DNA from: Oligoflexia bacterium
Lineage (GTDB): Bacteria; Bdellovibrionota; UBA1018
Assembly (NCBI GenBank): GCA_043732485.1
Contig: JAYTHP010000044.1
Location: 1-17,491 of the forward strand
Direction: 5' to 3'
DNA length: 17,491 nucleotides
In this document: positions 16,683-17,491 of the stretch, piece after piece
How the letters are laid out: the number at the start of each line of letters is the position of its first letter
Numbering within the stretch: position 1 is the first letter of the stretch
Program-made: the position numbers and the translations under genes
Notes under the pieces: model-generated
What the model was told of the DNA's origin: nothing
Databases searched by the model: none
Seen by the model: the letters and a program-made list of their open reading frames with translations, nothing else

Positions 16683-17491
16683 ATGACTTTCAGATATCAA
16701 CCAAGAAAGGCGCACATGATTCCCTTGACTTGCACTCTATCAGAAAAAGACTGGAAACTGATCCAAAAAATTTTTCCTCCTGAAATTGAAACTGGCTAGG
16801 GAACAAAAGGGGGGCGACCCCACGCAGACCTTCGAAAAATTTTTTGTGGCTTGCTGTTTTGGATTCGATCAGGATACCAATGGGATCTGGTTCTAAGGCA
16901 TTTTGGCAGCCGCACCAGTCTTGGAAAATATCTAAAAAAGTGGGTAAGCGCCGGTTTTTTTGATCAACTCATGGAAGAGGCACTGCAATTGTACGAGGAG
17001 ACACTCGGCATAGATTGGTCTTTCCAATCGATCGATGGTTCCTTAAAACAGGCTCCCGGATGTTCTAAACACACTGGAAAGAACCCAACAGATCGGGGCC
17101 GAGCCGGAATCAAGCATATAATCTTAACTGACAAAAAGGGTATCCCTACTTCGGGTAAGATCATTCCAGCAAACGAGTCCGATATGCACCAGATTGGAAA
17201 AACCCTCGAAAGTATTGGACTACCCCGGCCTAAACCAAAAGAAGTAAAGCAGCACCTCTACGCAGACACGGGCTTCGACTCAGCTGCCAACCGGCAGCTA
17301 GTAGAAGAATTGAGCTACATTTCTCATATTATCAAGCGCGGGGATCAAGTTAAACCCATTCGACGCTATAATGCCAAGCGGTGGGTTGTTGAACGTACCC
17401 ATTCATGGCTCAATCAATACCGCGGGATTCGAACGCGACGGATTCACCGCCCCGAAGTCTATCGGGCAATGACATTTTTAGCCTGCGCTTG
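16683..17491 (+). mobile_element. IS5-family insertion sequence transposase (IS427/IS1031-like) with an internal amber stop, 3'-truncated by the window edge
   Basis: One frame from ATG 16683 reads LSEKDWKLIQKIFP..*..GGRP..IFCGLLFWIRSGYQW..KKWVSAGFF..IDWSFQSIDGS..GKNPTDRGRAGIK..LTDKKGIP..ANESD..LYADTGFDS..KRWVVERTHSWLNQYR. TAG at 16797-16799. The region is visibly AT-richer than the rest of the window. It is absent from the ORF track because no stop occurs before the window end. Confidence 0.92.

Noticed and set aside
16797..16799. TAG recoding (pyrrolysine or alternative genetic code)
   Set aside because: TAG terminates hflX and the 10973 gene at their expected ends, and there are no pyl genes in the window.

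Overview
This is a bacterial chromosomal window. A Bdellovibrionota/Oligoflexia-like origin is inferred from gene content only and was not tested. In order it holds: the 3' part of truB; a chemosensory cassette (soluble 3xPAS MCP, cheR, cheD, triple-domain cheW, with no cheA/cheB/cheY) behind a sigma28-like promoter; a large retropepsin-like/PDZ protein and hflX on the minus strand; a divergent suhB-family gene with an internal deletion; a membrane-anchored coiled-coil protein convergent with a ~775-aa coiled-coil protein that has a consensus sigma54 promoter; a heavily frameshifted MurQ/GCKR-like SIS-domain pseudogene; and an IS5-family transposase with one in-frame amber codon that runs off the window end. 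I found no CRISPR array, rRNA or tRNA, and no clearly new multi-gene system. The best leads are the sigma54-driven coiled-coil gene, the kinase-less chemosensory module, the atypical aspartyl-protease/PDZ protein, the apparently exported MurQ-like pseudogene, several near-leaderless promoters, and strand-biased low-complexity insertions.
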